A stretch of DNA of 64,000 nucleotides from an uncultured Traorella sp. (GCA_944324265.1 CALUVS010000002.1:6250-70249), one strand, 5' to 3'. Shown: positions 45,809 through 56,277, numbered from the stretch's first letter. A program made the numbers and translations. Notes: generated by a model from the letters alone, not told the origin.

Positions 45809-47137
45809 TTATTTCCCCAAACAGAAGTTTGAAAACAGGGTATCCAATAGATCATCCCTGGAAACTTCTCCTAATATTTCTTTTAATGAAGTATAGGCAT
45901 TCTGCAGATCAATTGTCACTAAATCCAATTCCATGCCCATTTCCAATGAATCAATGGCTTGTTTCATTGCCAGCATAGCCTTTCTCATCAATGAAATCTG
46001 GCGTTCATTGTTTAAGAACGGTTCATCGATCAAGCTTAAATTAGCTGCAAACAAACGTTCAATTTCATCCAATAAAGGCTGTATTTCTCCGTTTTTAGCA
46101 CTGATAGCAATGCCTTCTTTCGGTGCAATATCTGTTTTATTGTAAACAATGATTCGTTTCTTATCTTGAGTCAGTTCTAACAGCAGCTCATCTTGTTCAT
46201 CCAAAGGTCTTGAAGCATCTAAGACTAGGATGACTAATGTAGCTTCTTCGATCGCTTTCTTTGAACGATCAATACCGATCTTTTCTACCACATCTTCTGT
46301 TTCTCGAATTCCTGCAGTATCAATCAGATTCAATGTCAATTGATTTAACTGAATATAGCCTTCAACCAAATCACGTGTCGTTCCGGCAATATCCGTAACA
46401 ATTGCTTTTTCTTCTTCCAATAAAGCATTTAATAAAGAAGATTTGCCCACATTCGGTTTTCCGATGATAGCTGTCTTGATTCCCTCACGCAGTATTTTTC
46501 CTGATTCACTTTTTTGAATGCAGTTTTCTATTTCTTTGAGCCATTCTTTTGCATGCGGCAATACAGAGTCATTCGTCAGCATTTCCACATCATCATATTC
46601 CGGATAATCAATGTTGACTTCAATGGTAGCAATGATATCCAGCAGATCATCAATGAGCGGTTCCAATAAAGCTTTTACACTGCCTTTGATGCCCTTGATA
46701 GCGACAGAAGCACTGGCTTTGTTTTTCGCTTGAATGATATCATTGACGGCTTCAGCCTGTGTTAAATCAATGCGCCCATTTAAGAAAGCACGGCGTGTGA
46801 ATTCACCTGGTTCAGCCAATCGAGCTCCTAAACTTAAACAAGTATTCAGAATTCTTCTTGTCACATACTTACCGCCATGACAATTGATTTCCACAATATC
46901 CTCTGTGGTATAAGTTTTCGGAGCCTTGAATACGCTGATGAGTACTTCATCAATCGTATCATGAGTCAAAGGATCTATGAAATAAGCATAAGTGATCGTG
47001 TGACTTTTCACTTCATTTAAATCTTTCTTAATGCATTGATTGACAATGTCAATCGCTTCATTTCCGCTTACTCTGACAATGGAAATTGCCCCATCCTGCA
47101 AAGAAGTAGAGATTGCCGCAATCGTATCTGTAAGCAT
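45809..47137 (-). CDS. mnmE: tRNA modification GTPase MnmE
   Basis: N-terminal DTIAAIST, G-domain GKPNVGKSSLLNAL / DTAGIR / NKTD, C-terminal CLGK. AGAGGTG RBS before ATG 47137. Confidence 0.95.
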   Translation of the reverse strand: MLTDTIAAISTSLQDGAISIVRVSGNEAIDIVNQCIKKDLNEVKSHTITYAYFIDPLTHDTIDEVLISVFKAPKTYTTEDIVEINCHGGKYVTRRILNTCLSLGARLAEPGEFTRRAFLNGRIDLTQAEAVNDIIQAKNKASASVAIKGIKGSVKALLEPLIDDLLDIIATIEVNIDYPEYDDVEMLTNDSVLPHAKEWLKEIENCIQKSESGKILREGIKTAIIGKPNVGKSSLLNALLEEEKAIVTDIAGTTRDLVEGYIQLNQLTLNLIDTAGIRETEDVVEKIGIDRSKKAIEEATLVILVLDASRPLDEQDELLLELTQDKKRIIVYNKTDIAPKEGIAISAKNGEIQPLLDEIERLFAANLSLIDEPFLNNERQISLMRKAMLAMKQAIDSLEMGMELDLVTIDLQNAYTSLKEILGEVSRDDLLDTLFSNFCLGK

Positions 47138-47207
47138 CAAATCACCTCTTTTCTATTCTATCACAAAGAAAGCGTCTATGCTATAATGTACAAGATGAGG
47201 TGAACTT

Positions 47208-47987
47208 ATGGAAGTAAAACAATTAGCCAAAGAAATAGAAACTATTGCCCGCCGAGCAGGCGAGTTCATAACACAAAATAAAATAACAAATATTTCAGAA
47301 AAAACACAGGCTTCTGATATTGTGACTGATCTGGATGTAAAAGCCCAGGAAATGATCTTAAAGGCTTGTTTGGAATTATTGCCGCAAAGTGAGTATGTGG
47401 CGGAAGAAGATACGCATAAAACCATCGGAGAGGAATATACTTGGGTCATTGATCCGATTGACGGGACAACAAACTTTGCGTATGATTTTCATCATTCCTG
47501 CATTTCTATAGCTTTATTGTATAAGAAAAAAGGACTGATTGGTGTTGTTTATAATCCTTTCTTGAATGAATGTTTTGTCGGGATTGAAAATGAAGGCAGT
47601 TATTTGAACGGCAAAAGAATTCATGCCAGTCAAAATGACTTGAAACATGCAATTTCAGTTGTAGGAACTGCTCCTTATTATAAAGAATATGCCGATGTTG
47701 TATTTGATAATATGAAGAAGCTCTTTTTAGCCGGGCGTGATGTCAGAAGAACCGGTTCTGCTGCTTTGGACTGCTGCTACGTGGCCTGCGGCAGAGTTGA
47801 TGTCTATTATGAAGAAAGACTTTCTCCATGGGATTATGCCGCCGGTCTGATCATCATGAAAAATGCGCAGGCATGTGCAAAAGCTTTGCATGGAGAATTT
47901 GATTATCTGAATCCGGTGGGAATCATTGCTGCCAATGAAACATGCTTTGAAGAGGTATGTGCGTTATTGGGAGTAAATCATGAATAA
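47208..47987 (+). CDS. Inositol monophosphatase family protein
   Basis: EED...WVIDPIDGTTNF and WDYAAG motifs. Confidence 0.88.
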   Translation: MEVKQLAKEIETIARRAGEFITQNKITNISEKTQASDIVTDLDVKAQEMILKACLELLPQSEYVAEEDTHKTIGEEYTWVIDPIDGTTNFAYDFHHSCISIALLYKKKGLIGVVYNPFLNECFVGIENEGSYLNGKRIHASQNDLKHAISVVGTAPYYKEYADVVFDNMKKLFLAGRDVRRTGSAALDCCYVACGRVDVYYEERLSPWDYAAGLIIMKNAQACAKALHGEFDYLNPVGIIAANETCFEEVCALLGVNHE

Positions 47988-48498
47988 GCTTTGGGGTCAT
48001 TTTTCCACGATTACAAGGCATAAGATCAAGGTGGGAAGACTTTGTTTCCGATGCGGATTATATCGGCAAGGGATTACTCACGATCTGTCAAAATATTCTT
48101 GGGTGGAATTTAAAAATGGTGTGAAATATTTTCAGGGGAATCGATCTCCGATTGACAGAGAAAAAGAAGTGGTTGGCTATTCTGCCGGATGGCTTCATCA
48201 CAAAGGAAGAAATAAACACCATTGGGAATATTGGATCGATCTGACACCGAATGGTTTTCAGGGAATGGAAATGCCGAAGAAATATGTAGTGGAAATGTTC
48301 TGTGATCGCATTGCTGCCTCTATGATCTATTTAAAAGAGAATTATCAAGATGATTCTGCACTTAAATACTATGAGAAAGGAAAGGATCATTATTTGATGC
48401 ATGAAAATACACGCACATTGCTTGAAAAACTATTAAAGATGAATGCAGAAAAAGGATTAGAAACTACTATTCAATATATAAGGAGAGAGGTCCTGTGA
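47980..48498 (+). CDS. Hypothetical protein (DUF5662-like; His-rich HHKGRNKHHWEYW motif)
   Basis: 172-aa ORF overlapping both neighbours by 4-8 nt (operonic). Family assignment is tentative. Confidence 0.55.
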   Translation: MNKLWGHFSTITRHKIKVGRLCFRCGLYRQGITHDLSKYSWVEFKNGVKYFQGNRSPIDREKEVVGYSAGWLHHKGRNKHHWEYWIDLTPNGFQGMEMPKKYVVEMFCDRIAASMIYLKENYQDDSALKYYEKGKDHYLMHENTRTLLEKLLKMNAEKGLETTIQYIRREVL

Positions 48499-49661
48499 AA
48501 AAGATATTGTTGAGTCTGTGCTGTCTTTTTGTGTTAGGCGGCTGTTCAATATTTCCTTTGGAACCCAAAGATGTACAGAAAGAGAATCCTTCAGAAATCA
48601 TTGAAGAACCGAAAGATGAAGAAGAAACAAAAGCTCCTGAACAGCCTGTTGAGGTACCCAAAAGCCGTGCAGAAGCGATCTTAGAGAATATGACATTGGA
48701 AGAAAAAGTAAGTCAGATGTTTCTGGTGCGTTATTCAGATCAAGCGGCTCAAGATCTGGCCCTCTATGATTTCGGCGGATTTATTTTCTTTGCGAAGGAT
48801 TTTGCGGATGAAACGATAGAAAGCATGAATGAAAAGATTATCGCTCTTCAGCATCAAAATCCGATCAATATGTTTATGGGTGTTGATGAAGAAGGAGGAA
48901 TTGTCAATCGTATTTCTTTATATCCGCAATATCGGGCAGTCCCTTTTCATTCTCCGCAATCATTGTATCAGGAAGGCGGCATTGATTTAGTCAGCAGTGA
49001 TACACTTGAAAAATGCAATCTGCTGCGAAGCATCGGCTTGAATATGAACTTTGCCCCGGTCGTAGATGTACCGGAAACTGCCGAAGATTATATTTATGAA
49101 CGATCTTTCGGTACAGATCCTGAACTGACAGCACAATATGCCCAAACCGTCGTTTCTGTTATGAAAGAAGAAAAGATTGCCTCCGTTCTGAAACATTTTC
49201 CTGGTTATGGGAATAATGAAGATACACATACAGGTGTAGCCATAGATGAAAGAAGCTTGGAAAGTTTTTATGAAAGAGATTTTATTCCCTTTTCTGCAGG
49301 GATAGAAGCAGGAGCGGATCTGGTTTTGATCACACATACGATTGTGAAAAATATGGATGAATTCACACCTGCATCCTTGTCATCTGCAGTCCATGAAATT
49401 TTAAGAAATGACTTAGGATTTGAAGGAGTCATTGTCACCGATGACTTGTTCATGCAGGGAGTAAGAGATCTTTATTCAGATGAAGAAGCTGCAATTCAGG
49501 CCGTAATTTCAGGCAATGATTTGATTTGTACAACCAATTATGAGGTGCAGATTCCTGCGGTCATTCAAGCAGTGAAGGATGGAAAAATCAGTGAAGAAAG
49601 AATCGACGAATCTGTTTTAAGAGTACTTAATTGTAAATTAAAATTAGGTATAATTTCATAG
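48495..49661 (+). CDS. Glycoside hydrolase family 3 lipoprotein (beta-N-acetylhexosaminidase/NagZ-like)
   Basis: Lipobox VLGGC, KHFPGYG motif, GVIVTDDL. GTG start after GGAGAGAGG. Confidence 0.85.
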   Translation: MKKILLSLCCLFVLGGCSIFPLEPKDVQKENPSEIIEEPKDEEETKAPEQPVEVPKSRAEAILENMTLEEKVSQMFLVRYSDQAAQDLALYDFGGFIFFAKDFADETIESMNEKIIALQHQNPINMFMGVDEEGGIVNRISLYPQYRAVPFHSPQSLYQEGGIDLVSSDTLEKCNLLRSIGLNMNFAPVVDVPETAEDYIYERSFGTDPELTAQYAQTVVSVMKEEKIASVLKHFPGYGNNEDTHTGVAIDERSLESFYERDFIPFSAGIEAGADLVLITHTIVKNMDEFTPASLSSAVHEILRNDLGFEGVIVTDDLFMQGVRDLYSDEEAAIQAVISGNDLICTTNYEVQIPAVIQAVKDGKISEERIDESVLRVLNCKLKLGIIS

Positions 49662-49790
49662 AAAAAAAGCGTCATAAAAGCCCTTTCAAGGCATATTTAG
49701 GCCGTTTTTGGCAATTTTTTCCTCAAAAATTAGACAAGTTCGGTCATGTGTGCTATACTCTATCTTGTTTGTGAAAAATAGGAGGGTTTT

Positions 49791-50600
49791 ATGAAAGTAA
49801 AACACAGAATCTTCGGATTGTTCATAACAATATTTACTTTGTGCGGATGTACAAGTTCTGTTGCTTACTATACAGACACATTAGTGCTGAAGCAGCAGAT
49901 ATCAGAGGATATAGATTTTCAAGTAGTAAAAGAAACTGTCGTAACTGTTTCTGACGAAATGCCGGAAATGGAATACGCAGAATATGATGGAGGGGATGGC
50001 CTTCCATGGGTTGCAAGTTATGTAGAAGGGACACCAGAAACGACAAGTGAAGACTTCCTTGTCACTTATGATGCCAATGGGGTGGAATTATCAAGAACCC
50101 CTGTCTTGGATTCTACGGTTGTAACTCCAGCAGTAGCGCCAAAGATGCAGTTTGGCGGTACGATTTCAGTCGGCAGTGAGTTTTATCCGAAGATAACCAC
50201 ATATGGGGTTGACTGCTATGGCTGTCATGTTTCTGAAGATGGATATGGCGGAACATCGGTCGGTGTTTCAGTCGGACTTCATTCAGTTCGTCAGCCAGAC
50301 GGCAATATGCAGGAAGGGATTACATACGGCGGCTATTATATTGTAGCGGCAGATCCCAATATTCCTTTGTGCTCTATCGTTACAATTTATGATCACGGCT
50401 TCAGCGGTGATGGTCTGCAGGAAGGTGTTCCTTTCCAAGCAATCGTATTGGATCGAGGCGGAGCAATCAAAGGAGCGAAGCTTGATTTATTCAAGGGAAG
50501 CGAACAGGTGCATAACATTTCGATCAATCGAGCTTATTCCAATCCGAAAGTAGTGATTGAACGAGTAGGCGGAAGAGTCGGAAGAGCCTGTGCAGTATAA
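49791..50600 (+). CDS. 3D-domain (MltA-like) cell-wall protein, lipoprotein (YabE/YocH-like position)
   Basis: Lipobox TLCGC. C-terminal VAADPNIPLCSIVTI...VLDRGGAIKGAKLDLF 3D domain. Lies upstream of rnmV-rsmA, as does Bacillus yabE. Confidence 0.8.
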   Translation: MKVKHRIFGLFITIFTLCGCTSSVAYYTDTLVLKQQISEDIDFQVVKETVVTVSDEMPEMEYAEYDGGDGLPWVASYVEGTPETTSEDFLVTYDANGVELSRTPVLDSTVVTPAVAPKMQFGGTISVGSEFYPKITTYGVDCYGCHVSEDGYGGTSVGVSVGLHSVRQPDGNMQEGITYGGYYIVAADPNIPLCSIVTIYDHGFSGDGLQEGVPFQAIVLDRGGAIKGAKLDLFKGSEQVHNISINRAYSNPKVVIERVGGRVGRACAV

Positions 50601-50620
50601 GCGTCGAAAGGCGCTTTTTT
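50599..50620 (+). terminator. Rho-independent terminator
   Basis: AAGCGTC-GAAA-GGCGCTT followed by T6. Confidence 0.8.
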
Positions 50621-50664
50621 CATATAAGCGTAAAATTAGCTGAAAATTATGGTAAAATAAGGAC

Positions 50665-51207
50665 ATGAGAATAAAAGAAATACTTGTAGTAGAAGGAAAA
50701 AATGATGCACAAAAGCTTCACTCTTTTTTTGGATGTGATACAATCATTACTCATGGAACGCATTTATCGGCCAAGACCATGAAGACGATTGCTTTGGCGA
50801 ATCAAAAAAGAGGAGTCATCATCTTTACAGATCCGGATGCGCCGGGAGAAAAGATCCGCTGTGCCATCAATCAGGCTGTACCGAATTGCAAAAATGCATT
50901 TATTGATAAGAAAAATGCACGGACATCCAAAAAAGTAGGAGTGGAACATGCCAGCAAAGAAGATCTTATGGAAAGCTTAAGTCATTTGATGACCTACAGC
51001 GAAGATTTCAAAGAAACATTGAGCTGGGAAGATTTTATAGAACTGGGATTGACCGGCAGAGAAAACAGTGCACTGCTTCGCGAAAAACTAGGGATACGTC
51101 TGTTTATCGGTAAGGCCAATGCCAAAACATTATATAAACGATTGAATATGCTTCAGATAGATAAAAAAACTTTAGAAACAATGATAGAGGAAGAATTATG
51201 CGAGTAA
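50665..51207 (+). CDS. rnmV: Ribonuclease M5
   Basis: Toprim domain ILVVEGKNDAQKL...IIFTDPDAPGEKIR. Confidence 0.9.
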   Translation: MRIKEILVVEGKNDAQKLHSFFGCDTIITHGTHLSAKTMKTIALANQKRGVIIFTDPDAPGEKIRCAINQAVPNCKNAFIDKKNARTSKKVGVEHASKEDLMESLSHLMTYSEDFKETLSWEDFIELGLTGRENSALLREKLGIRLFIGKANAKTLYKRLNMLQIDKKTLETMIEEELCE

Positions 51208-52070
51208 TAGCGACACCATCAAGAACAAAAGAAATATTAGAAAAGTATGATCTATATGCGAAAAAGAACTATGGTCAGAATTTTTTGATTGAACCGGGCA
51301 TTGTATCCAAAATTGCAGCCAGTGCGATGGCTAGTGACAACTGTGTGGCCATTGAAATTGGACCGGGTATCGGGGCTTTGACACAGCAGCTTTCCTTAGT
51401 GGCAAAAAAAGTCATTGCTTTTGAAATTGATGAACGTTTGCCGGAAGTATTGAAGGATACGTTGAGTGACTGTGAGAATGTGGAGATTATTCTGCAGGAT
51501 TTCATGGAAGCAGATCTGAATGAGGTGGTTGAGCCTTATGGGAAACAAGGATATGATGTGGTCATTGCAGCCAATCTTCCGTATTATATTACAACACCGA
51601 TCTTATTTAAGATCTTTGAATCAGATGCACCGATCAAACAGATCACGGTGATGATGCAGAAAGAAGTGGCGGATCGTTTTACGGCAGAAAGCAATACCAA
51701 AGATTACAATGCACTGAGTGTGATCACGCAGTATCGCTGCAGTGTGAAAAATGTCATGAAGGTGCCGAAAAATGTCTTTCATCCAAAACCGAATGTGGAT
51801 TCTGCCGTCCTACAGTTTCTTTTTAAGGAAAAAGATAAAACGATCAATGAAGCTTTGTTTTTCAAGGTAGTCAAAAGTTGTTTCAGGCAGCGCAGAAAAA
51901 CAATTCTGAATAACTTATCTTTATGTGTGCCGGAAAAAACGATTGCCAAGGATTTATTGGAGAAAGCAGGCATTGAAGAGACAAGACGGGCAGAAACATT
52001 GAGCATGGAAGAATTTATACGATTGTATCGGGTGGTTGAAAATGAAAATATCAGCATATGCGAAGATTAA
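51198..52070 (+). CDS. rsmA: 16S rRNA (adenine1518/1519-N6)-dimethyltransferase
   Basis: GQNFL, EIGPGIGALT and NLPYYITTPI motifs. Confidence 0.95.
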   Translation: MRVIATPSRTKEILEKYDLYAKKNYGQNFLIEPGIVSKIAASAMASDNCVAIEIGPGIGALTQQLSLVAKKVIAFEIDERLPEVLKDTLSDCENVEIILQDFMEADLNEVVEPYGKQGYDVVIAANLPYYITTPILFKIFESDAPIKQITVMMQKEVADRFTAESNTKDYNALSVITQYRCSVKNVMKVPKNVFHPKPNVDSAVLQFLFKEKDKTINEALFFKVVKSCFRQRRKTILNNLSLCVPEKTIAKDLLEKAGIEETRRAETLSMEEFIRLYRVVENENISICED

Positions 52071-52902
52071 TCTGGCATTGAATGTTGTCAGACGAAGAGA
52101 AGATGGTTATCATGAATTGGAGATGGTCATGGCTCCTTTGGAATTAAACGATGAGATTGACATTGAGCTGGCCGATCATGATGAATATCATTGGAACTTA
52201 GAAAGTGTCATAGGTGAAAACAATACGATGGTCAAGGCCGTTGAAATGATGAGAGAGCAGTTTCAGCTGAAGGAACACTTTCAGATTCATTGCCTGAAAA
52301 GAATTCCGATGGAAGCGGGGTTGGCCGGAGGAAGTGCTGATGCGGCAGCTGTGATGCGCGGGATCAATCAATTGTGTCAATTGAATTTATCGTTGGAAGA
52401 ATTAAGTCTTCTCGGAAAAAAGATTGGAGCGGATGTACCGTTTTGTGTCATCAATCAATGTGCCTGTGTAAAAGGTATCGGAGAGAAAATCGAGACATTT
52501 GAGATGCCCAATGATTTTGATGTATTGCTGGTAAAGCCCAAAAAAGGAGTTCCGACAGGTACCTGTTTTCAGCAATTGAACTTAGAAAAATGTGCTCATC
52601 CGGATATTGAACAGGTGAAGCAATGCTTGCTGAAAAATGATTTGGATGCTTTATCAGTGATTGCTTCTAATTCATTGGAAAGCAGTGCTTTTGAATTAGT
52701 TCCGGAAATATTGACTATGAAAAATGATTTGATTCAGGCTGGCTTTGAATTCGTATTGATGTCAGGAAGCGGTTCTTGTGTATTTGCCTGTACGAAAAAG
52801 AAAGAGCTTTTGAAGGAATATATGCATAGAAAACAGCTGTATGTGGATTTTATATGCAAAACTAAAATTTTAAATGGTAAAAAAAGTAAAAAACAATTCT
52901 AA
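52042..52902 (+). CDS. ispE: 4-diphosphocytidyl-2-C-methyl-D-erythritol kinase
   Basis: AYAKINLALNV N-terminus and GHMP kinase motif PMEAGLAGGSADAAAV. Confidence 0.92.
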   Translation: MKISAYAKINLALNVVRRREDGYHELEMVMAPLELNDEIDIELADHDEYHWNLESVIGENNTMVKAVEMMREQFQLKEHFQIHCLKRIPMEAGLAGGSADAAAVMRGINQLCQLNLSLEELSLLGKKIGADVPFCVINQCACVKGIGEKIETFEMPNDFDVLLVKPKKGVPTGTCFQQLNLEKCAHPDIEQVKQCLLKNDLDALSVIASNSLESSAFELVPEILTMKNDLIQAGFEFVLMSGSGSCVFACTKKKELLKEYMHRKQLYVDFICKTKILNGKKSKKQF

Positions 52903-52962
52903 TATAGGGGGAAATTTGTTAGAATAGATGTGTGAAATCAATTCAAGAAAGAGAGTGTTGAA

Positions 52963-53613
52963 ATGAAAGAAAAAATTCGCTCACTGATGGATCAAGGTGT
53001 TCAGTTTATAGATCCTGAACATGTTTATATTGATGAGGAAGTGTCAATTGGTGAAGGGACATTGATTTATCCCAATGTGACGATTGCTGGTGAAACGAAG
53101 ATTGGCAAGAATACAAAGATTCTGCCGAATTCTTATCTCAGAAATGCGATCATTGGCGATGAGGTTGAAATTGATTCAAGCAAGATTGTTGAGAGTGAAG
53201 TGATGAAGGGAAGTACAGTAGGACCATTTGCTCATCTACGTGCTCACAGTGTAGTTCATGAAGATTGCCGCATCGGAAACTTTGTGGAATTCAAGAATAC
53301 TGATTTTGGGCAGGGCAGCAAGTGTGCACACCTGACTTATCTTGGTGACAGCATTATCGGCAAGAATGTGAATATTGGCTGCGGAGTAGTTACCTGCAAT
53401 TATGATGGGAAAAAGAAAAGCAAGACCATTATTCACGACAACGTATTTGTAGGAAGCAATGTGAATCTGATTGCACCGGTAACAGTAGGAGCAAATGTGC
53501 TTTTGGCTGCAGGCTCTACGATTACTGATGATGTCGAAGAAGGAGCAATGGGCATCGCGCGTGCTCGTCAGGTGAACAAGCAGGACTATGGAAACAAATT
53601 TTTTTCAAAATAA
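52963..53613 (+). CDS. Stand-alone GlmU C-terminal domain (glucosamine-1-phosphate N-acetyltransferase LbH domain only)
   Basis: Aligns with GlmU residues from about 235 to the end (GVQFIDPEHVYID..., GPFAHLR, GNFVEFKNT, HLTYLGD, NYDGKKK, ARARQVNK). No nucleotidyltransferase domain. Has its own RBS and a 60-nt gap after ispE. Confidence 0.85.
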   Translation: MKEKIRSLMDQGVQFIDPEHVYIDEEVSIGEGTLIYPNVTIAGETKIGKNTKILPNSYLRNAIIGDEVEIDSSKIVESEVMKGSTVGPFAHLRAHSVVHEDCRIGNFVEFKNTDFGQGSKCAHLTYLGDSIIGKNVNIGCGVVTCNYDGKKKSKTIIHDNVFVGSNVNLIAPVTVGANVLLAAGSTITDDVEEGAMGIARARQVNKQDYGNKFFSK

Positions 53614-53631
53614 ATAAAGCGGGGTAAGGAC

Positions 53632-54588
53632 ATGATAAAAGATACAGTAGTATTTGCGTTAACTTCTAGTGTAGATCTGGCAAATGAAATTGCACAGACT
53701 TTGGGGATTCCGTTAGGAAACTGTGATGTACGTCATTTCTCAGATGGTGAAATTTTAGTTCAGTTGGGAGAATCTGTACGTGGAAAGCATGTTTATATTA
53801 TTCAGTCAACATGTGCTCCAGTATCCAATAACTTAATGGAACTGTTGATTTGCATCGATGCCTGCAAACGTGCCAGTGCAGCAACAATCAATGCTGTCAT
53901 TCCATATTTTGGTTATGCACGTCAGGATCGTAAAGCTCGTCCAAGACAGCCAATTACTTCTAAATTGGTAGCAAGCCTGCTGGAAAGAGCAGGAGCCACT
54001 CGTGTGATTACGATGGAACTGCACGCTACTCAGATCCAGGGATTCTTTGATATTCCTGCCGATGATATCAGCTGTATGCCAATTATCGGAGAATATTTTG
54101 ATTCATTGAATCTGGAAAATGTTGTTGTCGTTTCCCCAGACCACGGCGGTACTACACGTGCGCGTGTATTGGCTGAAATGCTGCATGCACCATTGGCAAT
54201 CATTGACAAACGCCGTCCAAAACCAAATGTTGCAGAAGCGATGAATTTGATTGGGGATGTAGATGGAAAGACAGCAATCATCGTCGATGATATTGTTGAT
54301 ACTGCCGGAACATTGGTTTCAGGTATTGATATGCTTTATCGCAATGGTGCTAAGGCTGTTTATGCAACATGTGCTCATGGTGTATTATCAGGTCCAGCAA
54401 TTGATCGTTTAAAAGAATCAAAGATCGTGGAATTTGTATGTACGAATACAATTCCTCAAAATGAAAAGGCTGCTCAGTTAAGCAAAATGAAAGTCTTATC
54501 TGTAGGACGTCTTTTAGGTCAGATTGTAAAAGGCATTGAAGAAAATAGATCAGTAAGCGAAGTTCTTCAGCAATACAATTCAAAATAG
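53632..54588 (+). CDS. prs: Ribose-phosphate pyrophosphokinase
   Basis: DRKARPRQPITSKL, VSPDHGG and IVDDIVDTAGT motifs. Confidence 0.95.
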   Translation: MIKDTVVFALTSSVDLANEIAQTLGIPLGNCDVRHFSDGEILVQLGESVRGKHVYIIQSTCAPVSNNLMELLICIDACKRASAATINAVIPYFGYARQDRKARPRQPITSKLVASLLERAGATRVITMELHATQIQGFFDIPADDISCMPIIGEYFDSLNLENVVVVSPDHGGTTRARVLAEMLHAPLAIIDKRRPKPNVAEAMNLIGDVDGKTAIIVDDIVDTAGTLVSGIDMLYRNGAKAVYATCAHGVLSGPAIDRLKESKIVEFVCTNTIPQNEKAAQLSKMKVLSVGRLLGQIVKGIEENRSVSEVLQQYNSK

Positions 54589-54602
54589 GGAGGTTTTTTT
54601 GA

Positions 54603-54980
54603 ATGCCGGGAATATTGTTTTTGACTGCCGAAGCTGCAGAAGGTCATGTATCATTCTTTGAGTCAATCATTGAAGTGATTGCACCGGAATTGATCGGTTT
54701 ATTGGAACTGATCGGGATCTTAGTTCTGGTCATTGGAGCAGCGATGTCACTTGTACAGTGCGTGAAGTCTTATATTGGCAAAGAAGAAAATCCTGCAGGT
54801 TTGATCTTAGGGAAAAATTTAGCTTTGGGATTGGAATTCTTGATGGCAGGAGAAATTATTAAGACGATTACTGCACGCAATTTAGATGAAATTGCTTTAC
54901 TTGCAGGAATTATCGTTCTGCGTACTGCATTAGCTCTGTTAGTTCACTTTGAAGTAAAGAGCGAAGAACAGCATAAATAA
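54603..54980 (+). CDS. DUF1622-family membrane protein
   Basis: 125 aa with 3-4 TM segments. GGGAGG RBS. Confidence 0.7.
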   Translation: MPGILFLTAEAAEGHVSFFESIIEVIAPELIGLLELIGILVLVIGAAMSLVQCVKSYIGKEENPAGLILGKNLALGLEFLMAGEIIKTITARNLDEIALLAGIIVLRTALALLVHFEVKSEEQHK

Positions 54981-54988
54981 AAAAACAT

Positions 54989-55016
54989 AGACATGGTGAT
55001 ATGACCCATGTCTTTT
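54989..55016 (+). terminator. Rho-independent terminator
   Basis: AGACATGG...CCATGTCT followed by T4. Confidence 0.8.
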
Positions 55017-55094
55017 AATATGCTGATTCTTTACGCTTTTCATAAGAATATGTATGTGCTAAAATATCCATAGAGAAGAGGATTGTCTAAGATT

Positions 55095-56192
55095 ATGAGT
55101 GTATTGTCATTAGTTGAAATGCTATTGTTTAATATATTTACTGTTGATTACTATTGTCATAGAAAATACTCACTTTGCAAAACAACCATTGTATTGCTAT
55201 TGAGTTCAATAATTCCTTTTGGTATTGGTCTTGCATTGCACAGTATATTTCCTTATATCGGCAATGGAGAGTATATGTTATTGGGTTTTGTATTTCTGAT
55301 CCCGCTTAGCTATTTATATCGAGAAAGAAATTTACTGATTTTTGTTATCATGTGTACTTGCTGGACATATACTTTAGGAATTTTTGCGATTTCTCAGCAG
55401 ATTGTAAAGATATTTATTTTCCCTGCTGATTATCATTTTATCATTCAGACATTGCTGCTGGCAGTGACGGCATGGCCCTATTATAAATTTTTTGTACCAA
55501 AGTATTTATTTGCATTGAATAATATGGAGATTTTTGAAAAAAATTGGTATTTATATATGGGGCTGGGAAATTGTCTGAATTTCTTAGTATTGGCTTTGCT
55601 GTGTAATATCTTTATTGATTATGAAGGCTCTGTTGCTGCATTAACTGCATTAATTTTAATATTTGTATCTGTGCATGTTTCTTATTATATTTTGTATAAA
55701 ATCGTATATGATTCATTGGAACTTAATCATTTGAAGGAAGCAGCTTCTCATGATTATTTGACGGGTCTGGGGAATCGCAGTTATTTTTGGGAATACCTGC
55801 ATTCTTTGATTAGTTCCGATCAGACTTTTTCTGTTTTGTTTATGGATCTGGATCGTTTCAAACAAATCAATGATCAATATGGACATGTTATAGGTGATGA
55901 ATATTTGAAGCATTTTGCGCAAATAAGTTCTTCTATTTTAGATTCCAATGGGAAAATGTTTCGCTTTGGCGGAGATGAATTTATTGCCATCTATCAGGGT
56001 CAGGTTTCAGAAAACATAGTTGAACGATTAAGGGAATGCCGCGGATGGGAAAAGGGAGCACCATGTCCATTTAATCAAGTAAGTATTGGAGTACTATATT
56101 GTCAGCCTCCGCACAAAGATGAAGAAGAAATCCTTCAGCAGGTAGATAAATTGATGTATCAAAAGAAATTACAGAAAGCAGCACAGAAATAG
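55095..56192 (+). CDS. Membrane-bound diguanylate cyclase (GGDEF)
   Basis: About 6 N-terminal TM segments, then DYLTGLGNR...DLDRFKQINDQYGH...RFGGDEFIAI. TTG 55083 is an alternative start. Confidence 0.88.
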   Translation: MSVLSLVEMLLFNIFTVDYYCHRKYSLCKTTIVLLLSSIIPFGIGLALHSIFPYIGNGEYMLLGFVFLIPLSYLYRERNLLIFVIMCTCWTYTLGIFAISQQIVKIFIFPADYHFIIQTLLLAVTAWPYYKFFVPKYLFALNNMEIFEKNWYLYMGLGNCLNFLVLALLCNIFIDYEGSVAALTALILIFVSVHVSYYILYKIVYDSLELNHLKEAASHDYLTGLGNRSYFWEYLHSLISSDQTFSVLFMDLDRFKQINDQYGHVIGDEYLKHFAQISSSILDSNGKMFRFGGDEFIAIYQGQVSENIVERLRECRGWEKGAPCPFNQVSIGVLYCQPPHKDEEEILQQVDKLMYQKKLQKAAQK

Positions 56193-56202
56193 CTGCTTTT
56201 TT
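56175..56202 (+). terminator. Rho-independent terminator overlapping the stop codon
   Basis: AGCAGC...GCTGCT followed by T6. Confidence 0.7.
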
Positions 56203-56277
56203 CATGGTTACAAAAAAGTGCGTACTTGTATAGCTTTTACATTTAAATAAAATAAAGCTGTAAGAGGAGGCACATAT

